A DNA stretch of 64,000 bases from NCBI GenBank assembly GCA_002104945.1, contig MCFH01000024.1:62001-126000 (forward strand). The letters run 5' to 3'. The stretch comes from Piromyces finnis finn (Eukaryota > Fungi > Neocallimastigomycota). Within the stretch, counting starts at the first letter, position 1, and each line of letters opens with the position of its first letter. Below are positions 34,945 to 48,552 of the stretch, piece after piece. A program made the position numbers and the translations under genes. The notes below the pieces were generated by a model. The model had not been told where the DNA came from, made no database searches, and saw only the letters and a list, made by a program, of their open reading frames with translations.

Positions 34945-36496
34945 ATGGTTTATAACTTAAGTAATAGTATAGAAACCGTTTTTTCCAGTGAAACCATGGA
35001 AGAACCAGAAATGGAAAAGGAAGTCATTGTTTGTAATGACGAAAACCTTATGAAATATATAGTAGGTAAGCTGATAAAATAATAATATATTTATTATATA
35101 TATATGTACAAAGGAATTGATAGTAATGTTTCTTCTTGTTTTATTATCTACCAATTTATTTATAAATAATATAGAGGTAACCGAAATATTGTTAGAATCC
35201 ATATGGAAGTCTAGTCAAATTGTTCAACCTCGTCTTTGTCCTTTACATGATTATCTTTGCCATGTGATACGTCAATCAAAAATGTCATTGTATACATTAA
35301 AATGTGCTATTATATATTTTGTAAGAATTAGTCGTCAATTACAGGATAAAAGATGGAAATCTAAAATAAGACTTTTCTGTGGAAGAAGAATGTTTTTAGG
35401 ATCCGTTATTATTGCATCAAAATATTTATATGATAGAACCTATTCAAATTCAATGTGGGCAAAAATATTAGGGCTTGATATAAAAGAAGTGAATAGTATT
35501 CAAATGGATTTTTTAGAAGCAATAAACTATGATCTTTTTATTTCTAAAGAATTAGATGATATTTGGTCACAAATGCTTGAAAATTTTATTGCCTACTTGA
35601 AAGCTAGATCTGAAGTAAATAAAGAAAAGTGTAAAGAACAACAACAATATAGTATTGAAAAAATGAATCCATTGACTTCTCCATTAAATACACCACCAAT
35701 GAAAGCTAGAGAATTAAATTTGTCTTATAATTCTATAGTTCATCCTTATTTCCCTAATTCGCCAATTTCACCAGGTTCATCACTAAAAACATTAAATCAT
35801 CCTTATGATCTAAAAGAAAATATTGATTTATGGAGAACAAGTATAACGGAAAAAAGAGTAGATATGAATACCGTTCAAAGCTATAATAGAATTAATGATG
35901 ATCTTCGGAGACTAGAAGAGTATCGCCCATTTGTTAAAGTTTTAATCCAAGTTATTTTTATGTATAGTTCAAAGTATAGTCTTCCTGTTGGAGAAAAAAG
36001 GGTAATTGAATTAACAAAGCTTGCTACTACCCCAGAAATTTTATTCAGAAGTTCTATGATGAGTGATTTAAATCATCGTTACCAACGTCCCCGTTGCATT
36101 TCTACCCATAAAGATTTCAATGAAGAAAAAATTGATCAACTTAAGAAATACTTTCATCGCACTTTTCCTAATCAACATCTTATCCGAAAGACACCTAATT
36201 ATACCACTGGATATTATTCCGATTATTCAATAAGAAATGCAAGTTCTTTTCATCTTTATAAAAGACGTTTTAATTACCATCGTGTAAAAGAAGCAAATGA
36301 TAAAATTTGTGGTATAAATCATCCTACTATTTATACAGTAGAAGAAAATGATTCATACTACAAAAAACATTTTTCTTATGACAAATATCCATCTTCATCC
36401 TCTTCAGATTGGGATAGTGATAGTTCTACACTGGTTGAATCTTCAGATGAAGAAAGTTGGAATCTTCCTCTTTACAATCAACAAATTTCTAATTAA
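34945..36496 (+). CDS. PCL/PHO80-family cyclin (Pho85-type partner), 2 exons
   Basis: Exon 1 34945-35065 (MVYNLSNSIETVF...LMKYIV, donor GTAAG) joins in frame to exon 2 from 35175 (EVTEILLESIW). The cyclin box TLKCAIIYF...CGRRMFLGSVIIASKYLYDRTYSNSMWAKILGLDIKEVNSIQMDFLEAINYDLFIS is typical of the family. Confidence 0.88.
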
Positions 36497-37478
36497 CGAA
36501 GGATTCATTTTTCTAGGAGCTTTTGAAGAACGACAATTTTAATTTTTGACAATGTTTTTATGTATTTGACCAAAGAAATTGATGATGGCTTTCTTCTTTT
36601 GTAAATTTAATGCCTTTTAAAAAAAAAATCTTAAAAAATCTGTTGTTTAGTATTTTATTATCACTATCCTATGAATTTAAAAGAAAATGATTTTTTTAGC
36701 TTTAAAAAAACAAATGATCATTATCCTATGAATAGTATTTAACTCTGTATGATTCAATGCAAATTAATAATAACCAAAAAAAAAAAAAAAACATATTAAA
36801 CTAGTATACCCAAACACAAAGAATTAATAATTTTTTTTTTTTTTTTTTTAATATTTACTATTGTTTTTTTTTTTTTTTTTTTTAATACTTTTAATTCTAT
36901 AATATTTAATTTTATTTTATTTAAAAAAAAAAAAAAGTACATTTAAAAAAACAAAAATTATTTTTTTAATTCTAAACTTTTTAAATAATTATTCTTTAAC
37001 ATCAAAGCATTTATATAATTTCTGATCTATTCAGATTTTAAAATCATAATTAATAGTTTTAGTTTTCACACACACCCACTCATATATATAGCCTTAATAA
37101 TTATCATCTTTATTATTTAATGTATCAAATATAAAACAAATCATCATTATTATATTTTTTAAAACCTATAAAATTAATAAAGTAAAGAAAAACAATTTAA
37201 ACCAAATAATATACACAATATACATGTGTCTGTAAGATACGTGTCATCATTATGGATAGGATAAAATTATGACTTTTTTTTTTTTTTTTTAAAAAGGAAT
37301 AAAGAGAATTATTTTTTAAAGATGGTAAAGATTTTAGGAGTTAGTTGTTGTGGTGGAGGTTTTTTTTTTTTTTTTAGCCAGATAATGAAAAATCTTTGAA
37401 TAAAAAAAAAAAAAAAAAAAAATTCAACATTTTTTCTTAATTGATAAATTCATTCCGTCGATTACATGATGTTTAGCT

Positions 37479-37640
37479 CCCTCTTGGGAACGTGCCTTCA
37501 TTTATTTAATAAATGTAGTTTCTCAAGGGGGTCTACTCATGCTCATGGTACTGAGAGAACCCTCTTGGGAACGTGCCTTCATTTATTTAATAAATGTAGT
37601 TTCTCAAGGGGGTCTACTCATGCTCATGGTACTGAGAGAG
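37479..37640 (+). repeat. Two 81-bp tandem monomers with internal hairpins in the LINE 5' UTR
   Basis: CTCTTGGGAACGTGCC... at 37481 and 37562; a third partial copy GCTCATGGTACTGAGC lies near 37714. Confidence 0.92.
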
Positions 37641-38325
37641 TAGAAAGAATTAAATCCAAGTATTGCGCAATGGATGCTTGGTTAGTCTTTAAGGGAAAAT
37701 TATTAGGACTAAGCTCATGGTACTGAGCGATTAAAAAACATTTTATTCATCGAATTAAGTATTTGATGAATAAGTTGAATGTTTGATATTCAGGTAAGTT
37801 TGTATAGTATTTAATTAGAAGAGTAATACATTTTGTTGCTGTATTTTTTCTTTTATTCATGTATTCATGTAGTACTACTCTTCTCTTGTAAGAATCCAAT
37901 GTAGTCAACTTTAGCATTTGCATTGTATTTTTATATTCATGTAGCTATTGTTGTATTGTTTCTTGTAAGAGACTGATTCACTCTACATCATGTAAAAATA
38001 CTATTCACAAGCTTTCTGGTGTCGACATTCTTGATTCAAATTTTTTACCAATTTAAATATTTAATGAAAAGTAAAGTCAAACAAGTTTAGTGTCAAAAAG
38101 CGATTCGAATTTACTAACAACAAACCAAAACTAGAATTTTTAAAGAAAATTTACAACTAGAATTCAAAAAAAGAAACTTTAAACAAATCATCGTAACAAT
38201 TTTTGTACTATCCAGTACTTTTAAGAAGAGAGAGAGAGACAGATTTTTTTTTCCATATACGTTATATTTATAATTTTTATTAGTATTTATTTTATATTCA
38301 ATATTTTTAATTAGAATTTATTATC

Positions 38326-41223
38326 ATGTCAGTCCTTTATATTAAAGACAAGAATTATATCAGACGTGGTACCCGGTCTTATGGTATCCCCTTAGATGAT
38401 ATTCGCTCCTTCTTTATCCGTGGTATTCGATCATGGTCAGTAAATATGCTATGGGAAAAACTCGAGGTTATTCTAGAAGATAAATTTAATTCAGTTATTA
38501 GTGTTAAATATTTTCAGACTTTCAATGATCACTTTTTCTTAGTCAAGGTTCATGGTTCATCGAAAGATTGTATTAAAATCTTACACATGTTAAAGAAGAA
38601 ACTTTCAGTTACCTCAATTTCCTTTTCAGCTTGTAGTAGAAGGAATCACAAATACACTTTTTCCACTCTCAAACGTAAAATTTTAGTTTCTAATAAACAT
38701 CAACATTCTATTCAACAATCATTTCAACAATCAGTTCAACAATCTCATCAACAATCCGATCTTCAACTAGATCTTCAACAAGATCTTCAACAAGTTTCCA
38801 ATCATGAAAATATTCCAGATCTACAGCAAACACAATTTCAATCTCAACATTCAACAATTAATTCTAATAGTTCTATCAACTCTGATAACAGTTCAATAGT
38901 TGATAGTTCTTCAGTTTCACAGCCATCTAGTAATAGTTCTACTTATTCCTCTGATGCATCATCCATTAATAACGATGACTTTAATAATAATAATAATAGC
39001 AACGATTCTTCCTCATCCAACAAGCCTGATAACTTTTCTTTTTGTCTTAGTTGGAACACCAATGGGTGGAATCACGAAAAGAGAGATAGTATTATCTATT
39101 TCACAGCTATTTTCAAACCATTATTTTTATGTTTCCAAGAAACTGGTAATGGTTCTGGATCGAATACAGATTATCCTTGTCGTGTTACTTTGCGAAACTA
39201 TAGACACTTTTTCAAGAAAGCTGACGAATCAGTTCCGGGAATGAGAGGTTTATATTTAGGTTTTCACAATTCATGTCAAGCCTCACTTGAAAACTTCTCT
39301 GGAAAGTATATTATTTCTATTTATACTTTTAGTCTCTGGAATAGATTCAAATGCTCGATTGGAAATGTTTATATGCCTCATAGTCATCACAACATCTATG
39401 TTGATCATGCAAAGTTAGAAGTTCGCTTGTGGTTACAAACTCATTCATCCCATCCATCGATTCTTGTTGGTGATTTTAATATGTCTAAAGTAAATTTATC
39501 CAACTGGTTATCAACTAATGGATTAGGAGATTGGGAAATTCTTCCGCTTAGAGGGTCGACTATCTCTTGGACTCGAGGTGATCAATCTTCCGACATTGAC
39601 CATGCTCTTATCAATTCGAAGATGAAAGATCTTATTCACTCAGGATCATTTATAAATAATTTTTATCCTGTATCAGACCATAAGCCACTTCTTATTAATG
39701 GTAAAATTATTCCTATGGAAGATTTTTCTAATGACTTTAATGTTCCTAAGAAAATTCTGAAATGGAATAGATTAAAATGTATTGAGGAAAAGGAATCTAT
39801 TCTCAGTCATAATAAATTCCAAATACTTTCAGCAAAATTCAACGATCCTAATGTTTCTACAGATGAACTTTCCAAAGAGTTTACTTCAACTGCTTTTTCA
39901 ATTGCAGACGAGCTCACTATTACCTCAGCAAATAATGTTATAAAGTCTTCATTTCATATTTCACAACAAATTTTTAATCTTCAAAAAATCAAAATGAAGT
40001 TGTATAAGAGATTTAAAAAAGAAAGAATTTATGATATAGATGAATTTATTAAAAGAATTAAAATCTACCGTAAGCTCATTGATTACATCCACAAAAGATG
40101 TAATGAATTTAGGAAGCAAGAATATCTTCATTGGATTAAAACAGGATGTGAGTATATGAAGAGTCATAATCCTAAGAAGGCCTGGAAATGGATCAAGAAA
40201 ACTGCAAAAATTGGAAAAGATTCCTTCTTTATTGCTCAACCAATTAAAAATAAAAATGGAGAATTAGTTGTTGCTACGGAAGAACAACTTGAAGTGTGGC
40301 ATGATCATTTCGAAAACCTTGCATCAGATCCAAGTGGTGTAAGTCTTGATTTGGAGCATTGGTATGAAGAACCAACGAATAAACGTTTTTCACTTCCTAT
40401 GCTTGATGAGTGGGATATCAACCAAGATATTAGTATTGATGAAGTCAAGTCAGCTATCCTCACTACTCCAAATTATAAAGCATCAGGTCCGGATGGTATT
40501 CCAATTGAATTTTACAAAGCATTAATTCCATCAAGTAATGATTCTAATAATGCTACAGATAATAATTCTTCTGGTAATACTACTTCAGATAATGATGCTC
40601 ATGGTTTAAATTTTATTCTTAAATTATTCAACCGTATTTGGGATGGAGATTTCCCCAACTCATGGAATGAATCCAGTATTGTTTTTATTCCTAAGAAGGG
40701 AGATTTGACAGATTGTGATAACTATCGAGGTATATCACTTATCAATAATGGTATTAAGTTGATTTCCAAAATTGTCACCACTAGAATCTCAGAATATGGT
40801 TTAAAGAATAATTTCATTAGACCTGAACAATTTGGTTTTCGAAAAAAGGAAGAAAGTATTAGTCTTTTCATTTCAATCCAAGAAATATGCCGTAGACGTC
40901 AATTAGATAATAAAGAGACATATTTGGCCTTTTTAGATCTCAGGAAAGCATACGATTCAGTCCCAATCGGTAATATTCTCCATAAATTAGATTGTTTAGG
41001 AATCCGAGGTAAGAGTCTACAATTTATCAAAAATTTATATTTAACATCTAAGGCTAATGTCAAATTAGATGGACAATTCTCGAAATCTTTTGATGTGAAG
41101 AAAGGAGTCCGTCAAGGTTGCCCTCTTTCTCCTATTCTCTTTAATCTCTTTATTAATGATATATTTAGAGAGTGCGAAGATCTAGGAGTCAGTTTAGGTG
41201 ACACTCGATGCTGTGGTCAGTAA
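38326..41223 (+). pseudogene. LINE ORF, N-terminal part: unknown N-domain, APE endonuclease and RT up to just before the catalytic motif
   Basis: APE motifs SWNTNG, CFQETG, VGDFNM, DIDHAL, SDHKPL; RT motifs GPDGIPIEFYK, NYRGISL, QFGFR, FLDLRKAYDSVP, GVRQGCPLSPILFNLFIND; ends DTRCCGQ* with no (Y/F)ADD. Confidence 0.9.
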
Positions 41224-42583
41224 ATTCTTAAGAAATCCTAATATTCCTATTCCCTTCAAAAAGCTAGTACTTAACTCACAAGTGATTAGCAGAGTTTCAT
41301 ACTTTGCACCATTACTTGGATCCAACAAAGCTAGGTCTAGGATTGCTCAGAAGCATGTTAACAAAGGAATACGATGGGTTGCCGGAGTTCATAAAGCTGT
41401 ATCGTTTATATCTTTATACTCTATCTCAAAAGATTTGAATATTCCTCCATTGTCAGCCAAATGTGCGTTAGCTCAGGTTAGATGTTTTAACAAATGGAAA
41501 AACTCAAATTGTATTATCTCACACCTTGTCAATTACATTCCTAAATTTAGAAAATACACGTGGTGCAAATCAAGTAGGACACTTGATAAAAAACTAAAGA
41601 AACATGGAAATGTTAAAGCAGTTAAAAACTTTTATTGGAAAGATCTCAAAGGGAATTCAATCAAAGCGCAATATTATGATGATAATAAATTTATTGAAAC
41701 TAAAGATTTCATTAAATTATGTTATGAGTACCCAGAGTTTGCCTATGGCTTCTACTGGCTATTGAAAGCAAGAAGCGGATACAAGTTGGATGCTAGAGTT
41801 GCCAAAGCTGCTAAATTTGTTGATCCAGTTTGTCCTAACTACTGTCCATGTTGCAAGTGTGGAGATCAAAGTATTAAACATTGGTTATTAGATTGTCCAA
41901 CATTTAGAGATATCCGTATTAAACATTATGATTCCATAGTCCAGCTATTAAATTTTTTCAGTCAACGTAATTCCAATAGTCCTATCAATAATAATGAAAA
42001 TGTTAATATCAGTAGAGATAGCAATAACATTAATAGTAATAGTAACAATAGTAGTAATAACAATAGTAATAGTAACAATAGTAATAGTAACAATAGTAAT
42101 AATAACAATAGTAGTAATAGAAATAGTAATAATAACAATAGTAATAATAACAATAATAGAAATAATAATATTAGTAATGATAGCAATAGTGAAGATAATA
42201 ATTCTAATTTAGATAGTAATTTAGTTAATGATAGTAATAGTTCTAATAATCCGGTGAATATTAATGTGTATGATTATTCTAGTGTGTGCAGTAAAATATT
42301 TAAATTCCTTCTTGGGGGAAGAAGTTTTAACAATATTAATTACAATTCAAGGGAATGGAAAGAACTTTGTAAGCGTCAGATTCAATCTGGTACTAACGAA
42401 GGAACACCATTCTTGACGGTAACCGCAGAACTTCTAACCAAAATCATGCCTTTTGCTATTGGCCAGCAATGGACAATGTTCAAAAGGTTTGAAGCAACAT
42501 CCAAGAGCGTCAATGCTGAAGAAACAGTAAGACAGGCCAGGAGGGCCAGCGCAACCAATGGAGATCATAATTTTGTTCCATGA
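41198..42583 (+). pseudogene. LINE ORF, C-terminal part (out of frame after the deletion)
   Basis: Post-RT region with CPCCKC...HWLLDC zinc-finger-like motif, an Asn/Ser low-complexity insert and the terminal SVNAEETVRQARRA motif. Confidence 0.85.
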
Positions 42584-42819
42584 TAAAATTTTGATCTTTG
42601 GCTCGGTGTCCCATTGGAAGTCAAATACAATTATTATACTTTAGTATAATAGTGGCTTTCTTACTTTAATTAAAATTACTAGAATACATTATACCCTATT
42701 TTTATTCATTTGTGTTTATTTAAACATATTTTTTTTATTTTTATTTTAATTTTAATTTTTTTATTACATGTATTATAATTTTAATTAAATTAATAATAAA
42801 GTTTAAAATATTTGATGCC

Positions 42820-42859
<40 letters not shown>

Positions 42860-42909
42860 CCCTCCCTTATTATTAAAATTTTTAAATAATAAGCAAGTAG
42901 CTAGTTAAA

Positions 42910-43260
42910 ATGGGCACTTTTATAGGAAGGATTTCCATATTTTAATGGTTATTATGGAACCTCTAATCCCTAATAATATCTTATTGATTAGTTAATAATC
43001 AATGCTTAAAAGATTTAAAAAACAAACAAACAAACAATAAACCCAGGAGCGTTGTCAATATCGAAGAAACAGGTAAGTTCTAGGTCAGAAAGGCCAATGC
43101 AACCAATGAAGAATTAAAAGTTAAATTTGATTTTTTGAGGTTGGAGGTTCTCCTCCTCCTCCTTTGACTTTAAAATACAATTATTATACTACAAGCATAA
43201 TAGTAACTTTACTCTTTTTTTTTTTTTTTTTTTCCTATTCATTTAGTATATTCCCTATTT
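42910..43260 (+). mobile_element. Older, diverged 5'-truncated relic of a related LINE
   Basis: GAGCGTTGTCAATATCGAAGAAACAGGTAAG...GCAACCAATG (from 43047) and AAATACAATTATTATACT (about 43173) align colinearly with 42505-42560 and 42623-42640. Confidence 0.72.
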
Positions 43261-44092
43261 CCTATAATTTTATTACGAATTTACCATAGGATAATAAAGA
43301 ATAACTTTTTTTTTTTTTTTTAACTTATAATATGTAATAGATGTAATATTTAAAAATAAATATAAAAATTAAAAAAATAAAAATTTAAACTTTTAGCTAT
43401 AACTACTCTATATTCTTGACAACTATTTTTTTTTTTTCTTCTCCTCTTTTGTTAAATTATTCATAAATTAATAATAAAAATGGGTTAAATTAAGCGATAG
43501 ATAGAAAAAAAAAAAAAGTAAACATGGATTTAATGTCTTGTAAGATCTAATTTTTATAAAGATTTAAATGATTCTTTTTAATTTGAATATGGTATATACA
43601 TACTTATTTATACCTATATATAAATACCTATTTATTATATATAGAAATAAAAATATAATTAAGCAATGTAATTATATTTTTATATCTAGTTTTATTAATG
43701 GAACTATTTTTTTTTTTTTTTTTACTTTACTTTTCCTTGTTTTTATTAAAGTAGCGTAGGGTAATAAATAAATAAACGGTCCTTTAAAAACAAGTTTTTA
43801 AAAATTAAAAAAAAATTATGATTATTTTTTTTATAATGATTTTACCCATGGATAAAACAAATAAATGTCAAGGGCAATTATTGCTTTATTACTTTTTCAT
43901 ATATATTATGGAAGAAAAAAAAAAAGTACAAAAATATTATTATTATTAATCTTTTTTTTTTTTTTTTTTTAAAAAAAAACATTCTATAATTTAAAAAAAA
44001 AAAAAAAGTTTCCACATATATAGTTTGAATAAAAATTTGCCATAGAATTAATGTATAAAGTTTATTGTACAAAATACTAATATACTAATATA

Positions 44093-44123
<31 letters not shown>

Positions 44124-44568
44124 ACTTGAATACTTAAAAGTTGTTATTATAAAGTTTCAAATTATTAACATTTCATACATTCCTATATATATCTATTCTA
44201 TACAACTCTTATTTATATATATTTATACTTTGGTTTTTTTTTTTTTTATTTTTTAAAAAAGTTGTAACAAATAAAATATACAATTATAATAATTAAATGA
44301 TAAAAAAAAATTATCTAATAATAAACATCCTTACTCCATCATACATAATAATATTTAGATTATAAATTATAGGTAAAGGAAAAAGAATCATATTAAATTA
44401 AAACTAGAAAAAAAAAAAAAAAATTGAACAATTTAAAATAATAATGATAATTAATAAATAGTTTTAATTCTAATAATGTTTTTTTTAATTGAAATATATA
44501 TGTTTTAATGGTGAGAGAGTGATAAAAATAAATGACACTACGAAAAATAGAAAAGATTTATTATAAAA

Positions 44569-44602
<34 letters not shown>

Positions 44603-44956
44603 CCCTTGACTCAATGAATTTCTAATCAATAAACATATTTTTTAAATATTAAGTTTTAAAATATTATGGAATGGTGAAATAGAATAGTGGAATGGACTTT
44701 ATAAAAGTTTAAATCTATCATTGAATATTTGTTGTTTTATAGTATTATACTAATTAAATAGGGTGTTTAACAACAACATAGTATCTAATAAAAATATATA
44801 TATATATATATTTAAAATAATTATATATTCTACCTTTATATAAATAGGGTTGGATCGTTGATGTAACTATTTAGTGTAAAAGGTATTTTTCATTTATTAT
44901 CATATTTAGTGATTGACTATCCTCTATAAAAAAATTTAAAATACAAAAATGAAAAT

Positions 44957-45001
<45 letters not shown>

Positions 45002-45011
45002 ACTAAAAATC

Positions 45012-45208
45012 TATTATTATTATTATTATTATCACCATCACTATTATCATCATCATTCTTTTATTATTATTATTATTATCACCATCACTATTATCAATAT
45101 CATTCTTTTATTATTATTATCACCATCACTATTATCATCATCATTCTTTTATTATTATTATCACTATCACTATTATCATCATCATTCTTTTATTATTATT
45201 ATTATTAC
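45012..45208. repeat. Minisatellite, 4 copies of (TAT)n-CACCATCACTATTATCATCATCATTCTTT
   Basis: Directly visible; unit length varies with the TAT count. Confidence 0.9.
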
Positions 45209-47044
45209 TTTTTTTTTTTTTTTGAAATGTTATTGTTTAGAAGCGTGTGTTTATTATTTTATTAAAATACTAAATGAAAAAATAGTGCTTTTTTTTTTAA
45301 TATTAGGTTTTCTTTTTCTTGTGAGTGATTCATCCAAAGATGTTACAATTCTACCTATCGTTTTTATTTATTATTCTAAGAAATACATTAAAACTAAATA
45401 TTTATACATAGTACTTTGAATATAGTAGATCCATCGTTAATATTTCTAGTATTTAATATAAAAAATATTCTTTAATCATTACCATTACAACTTTTTAAAA
45501 AATGATTTTTTTTTTTTTAATTTGTATAAATGCTCTATTCATTAACATATTATTCCTGTCATAATTGTAATTCAATCATTGATATAATACCTTTTTTTCT
45601 TTTTCTTCTTCTTTGACTTTAATAGTATAACACCAATGATGACAATTAAATTAATGACTACAACTAAAATATATATATATGCATTATAATAAAATCTAAT
45701 TTTTTTGATATTTAAGCTACTATGAATATTATAATATATTAATTACAATTCCCTTTTATTATTTAATCAATATGAATACTTTTTATTGGATATTTTAAAA
45801 GTTTTATTTAATATTCATTTTCTAAAGAATATCTTTTTCATTAAAAGTTTAAAAACATAATATTAATCAACATCAGTTTATAAAAATAAATAAATAAAAA
45901 CTTTAAAAACCAAAAAAACAAACCAATATTTTATTGCTACAACAACTACTATTTTCATAGTTTTAATTAAAAATTAATTTGATATTTATAATCCTTTTGG
46001 CCGTTTTATTTTTTTTTAAATGGCCATTTATAAACCTTTTATTATTATTATTTTTGTCTTTAACAATTATACTGAATAATGTTAGAGTTAAATAATACAC
46101 TTTTTAACTATTTATTTTAAAAGTAGTTCCTCTATAAATTCCAAAAATTTTAATATTTAAGAATTAAGTTATTCTTCAGTTCTTCCATAGCTATATAAAA
46201 GTTGATGGTATCAATTTTTTTTTTTTATTTCATTTTTTTTTTAAAAAAAAAAAGTTTATTTTAAACCATGAACCTTTATTTTTTTATTACTTAAATTATT
46301 ATTATTTTTAGAATCTTTTTTTTTTTTTTTTAACTATTAAAAGTTTATTATGTATTTCAAATGATCATTTATTTATATAATTTTAAAATGTTTATCATCT
46401 ACCGTTACTTTAAAAAAAAAAGATTCATTAATCCTATTATTATGTATAATGAAATAGTATATTCATTATAATTTATTAATCAGTGATACATGATGTTGTT
46501 AATTCTATTATTATTATTCATTATTTAATTATATTTTGGATATAATGAATAATGAATAGGTTTAAATAATAATTATTAATGAATGGAAATGAATTTTTAT
46601 GTAAAAAAAAAAAAAAAAATACTATATATATATATATCCTATTTAACTTTTTTGAAAATAACATTCAATTGAACAAAACAACAAAAATAATAAAAAACTT
46701 TTTTTTTTTAATTAAATTTATTATTTTTAAATTCTTTTTTTTTTTTTTTTACCAACTTTATCCTATCATTAAAAATTTTTTCTTCTTTAAAATCTTGCCC
46801 AACTCTTTTTTTTTTATACTATTTTTTACCAGAATTCTTGCCATACTTTTTTTTATTCATTAGGTTAATATTTTTCCAAATAAAGCATCTTGATGAAATT
46901 ATTCCTTTATAGGAAATTTAATTTACCATGTGCTTCTGATGTATTGCCAAACTTTTATTAAAATTAATAAAGAAAATCTTTTTTTTTTTTTTTTAAAAAA
47001 ATACTTTTTTTTAATAAAAAAACTTTTTCTTTTAAATAAAAAGA

Positions 47045-47075
<31 letters not shown>

Positions 47076-48449
47076 GGAAAAGAAATCAAGAACAACAATA
47101 CCACCAACAAACAAACCAGTTTAGTTTTTCTTTTTTATGGTTTATCATTTTATCATTTTATCAAAATAAAAACACTTTAAGTATTTAAACGCATTAAAGT
47201 TTCTTAAATGCTATTGGCTAAAATATTTAAAAGATTTTATTGAAAAATCATTATTGAATTGAAAAATTATTTTATTCAGTCTATTTATTATAATTTAAAG
47301 TCTTAATGACTATTAGGATTTATAACATCATCAAAGGTTCATTATTTTTATTGTATATAGTGTATATATAAAAAGGGTAAAAGCATAATAAAAAATAGTC
47401 AATACCATAAATACCATCCATTAATAACAGAACAGTTTTTTTACTGCCTTGCCAATCTTTTATTTAATTCGTCTATTCATTGTACATTAAATTTAATGTA
47501 CATTTATTCATTTGAAAAATGTCAATTTTCCCATTTAAAGAAGTTCATTATTCATTTATCCAAGGATAATGAGGTACAGCGTTACTTTTTCATATAGACA
47601 AGAATAATTGTAAAAAAAGATTAAAAGAAATAGCCAAAACTATTTATTATAATGTTATCATATATCATATTGTTTAATGATGGTATTTTATAATGTTCAT
47701 TATTGTCTTTTTATTCAAAAGTCTCTTTTTTATTTATCCCATCCTTACCCAACTTTTTTTTTTTTTATCCTATATTTCGTGCTTACACAATACTAATCAA
47801 AAAATAATCAATTGTTCATCATTAAATCGCCGTTTTTTTTTTAATTTAATTTAATTTATCTAATGGATACATTAATTATATCTATTTTATATATATTAAA
47901 AATATATTAATTTATGATAAATTTAAATTATTATTATGCAAATAAACAAATTGATGTACCTTTTTGCTGTTGTTGTAATATCATGATGATTATCAATTTA
48001 ACCATGCATACTAATAGTAGTAATGAAAGGTATCTATACAATAATTTATTAATGAGTTTTTAAAATAATTGATCAAGTTTTTTTATTTCTTGAAAACTAT
48101 TATGGTAGACATTTTTTTCATGAAATTAAATGAACAAAAAAAAAAAAGTGGTCTCCTTTTTTTAATATTTTATAATATTATGTTTTAACCATTTGTTTTA
48201 TGTCAATGTAAATTAATTAAAAATTTTGTATACAATTTAAATTAAATACATTTTTATGTTACATTTTTTAAAGAGAATTCATGGAAATAAAATTGGAAAA
48301 TTTTAAAGATGAAAATAAAAACCTTAATTCTATTTAAAAAGAAAATCACCGCAATTAAAGTTTTTTTTTTTTAATTTAAACTGAAACCAGTGAAATGCCA
48401 GAAAAATGATTAATGATACCTTAAATTAATGAATAATAGGAAGGAATTA

Positions 48450-48487
48450 AATAAATCAATAAATCAATCAATCAATAAATAAATGGA

Positions 48488-48551
<64 letters not shown>

Positions 48552-48552
48552 A
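48450..48552. repeat. (AATC)/(AAAT)n microsatellite
   Basis: Directly visible. Confidence 0.9.

Larger units (their letters stand above)
37425..42855 (+). mobile_element. Near full-length APE-type non-LTR retrotransposon (LINE), internally deleted in RT
   Basis: Structured 5' UTR, APE and RT coding region, Cys/His C-terminal domain, 3' UTR and A33 tail at 42823-42855. The 5' boundary is uncertain; both ends abut (A)n-TT, a possible TSD within poly(A). Confidence 0.88.

Noticed and set aside
37625-37650. Hammerhead ribozyme from CTGAGAG...GAAA
   Set aside because: The core deviates from CUGANGA and there is no stem II between the motifs.
41962-42212. Poly-Leu and Ile/Val ORFs inside the LINE
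   Set aside because: Alternate frames of the Asn/Ser low-complexity insert.
47481-47502. 22-bp perfect palindrome TGTACATTAAATTTAATGTACA
   Set aside because: About one such palindrome is expected by chance in 64 kb at this AT content.
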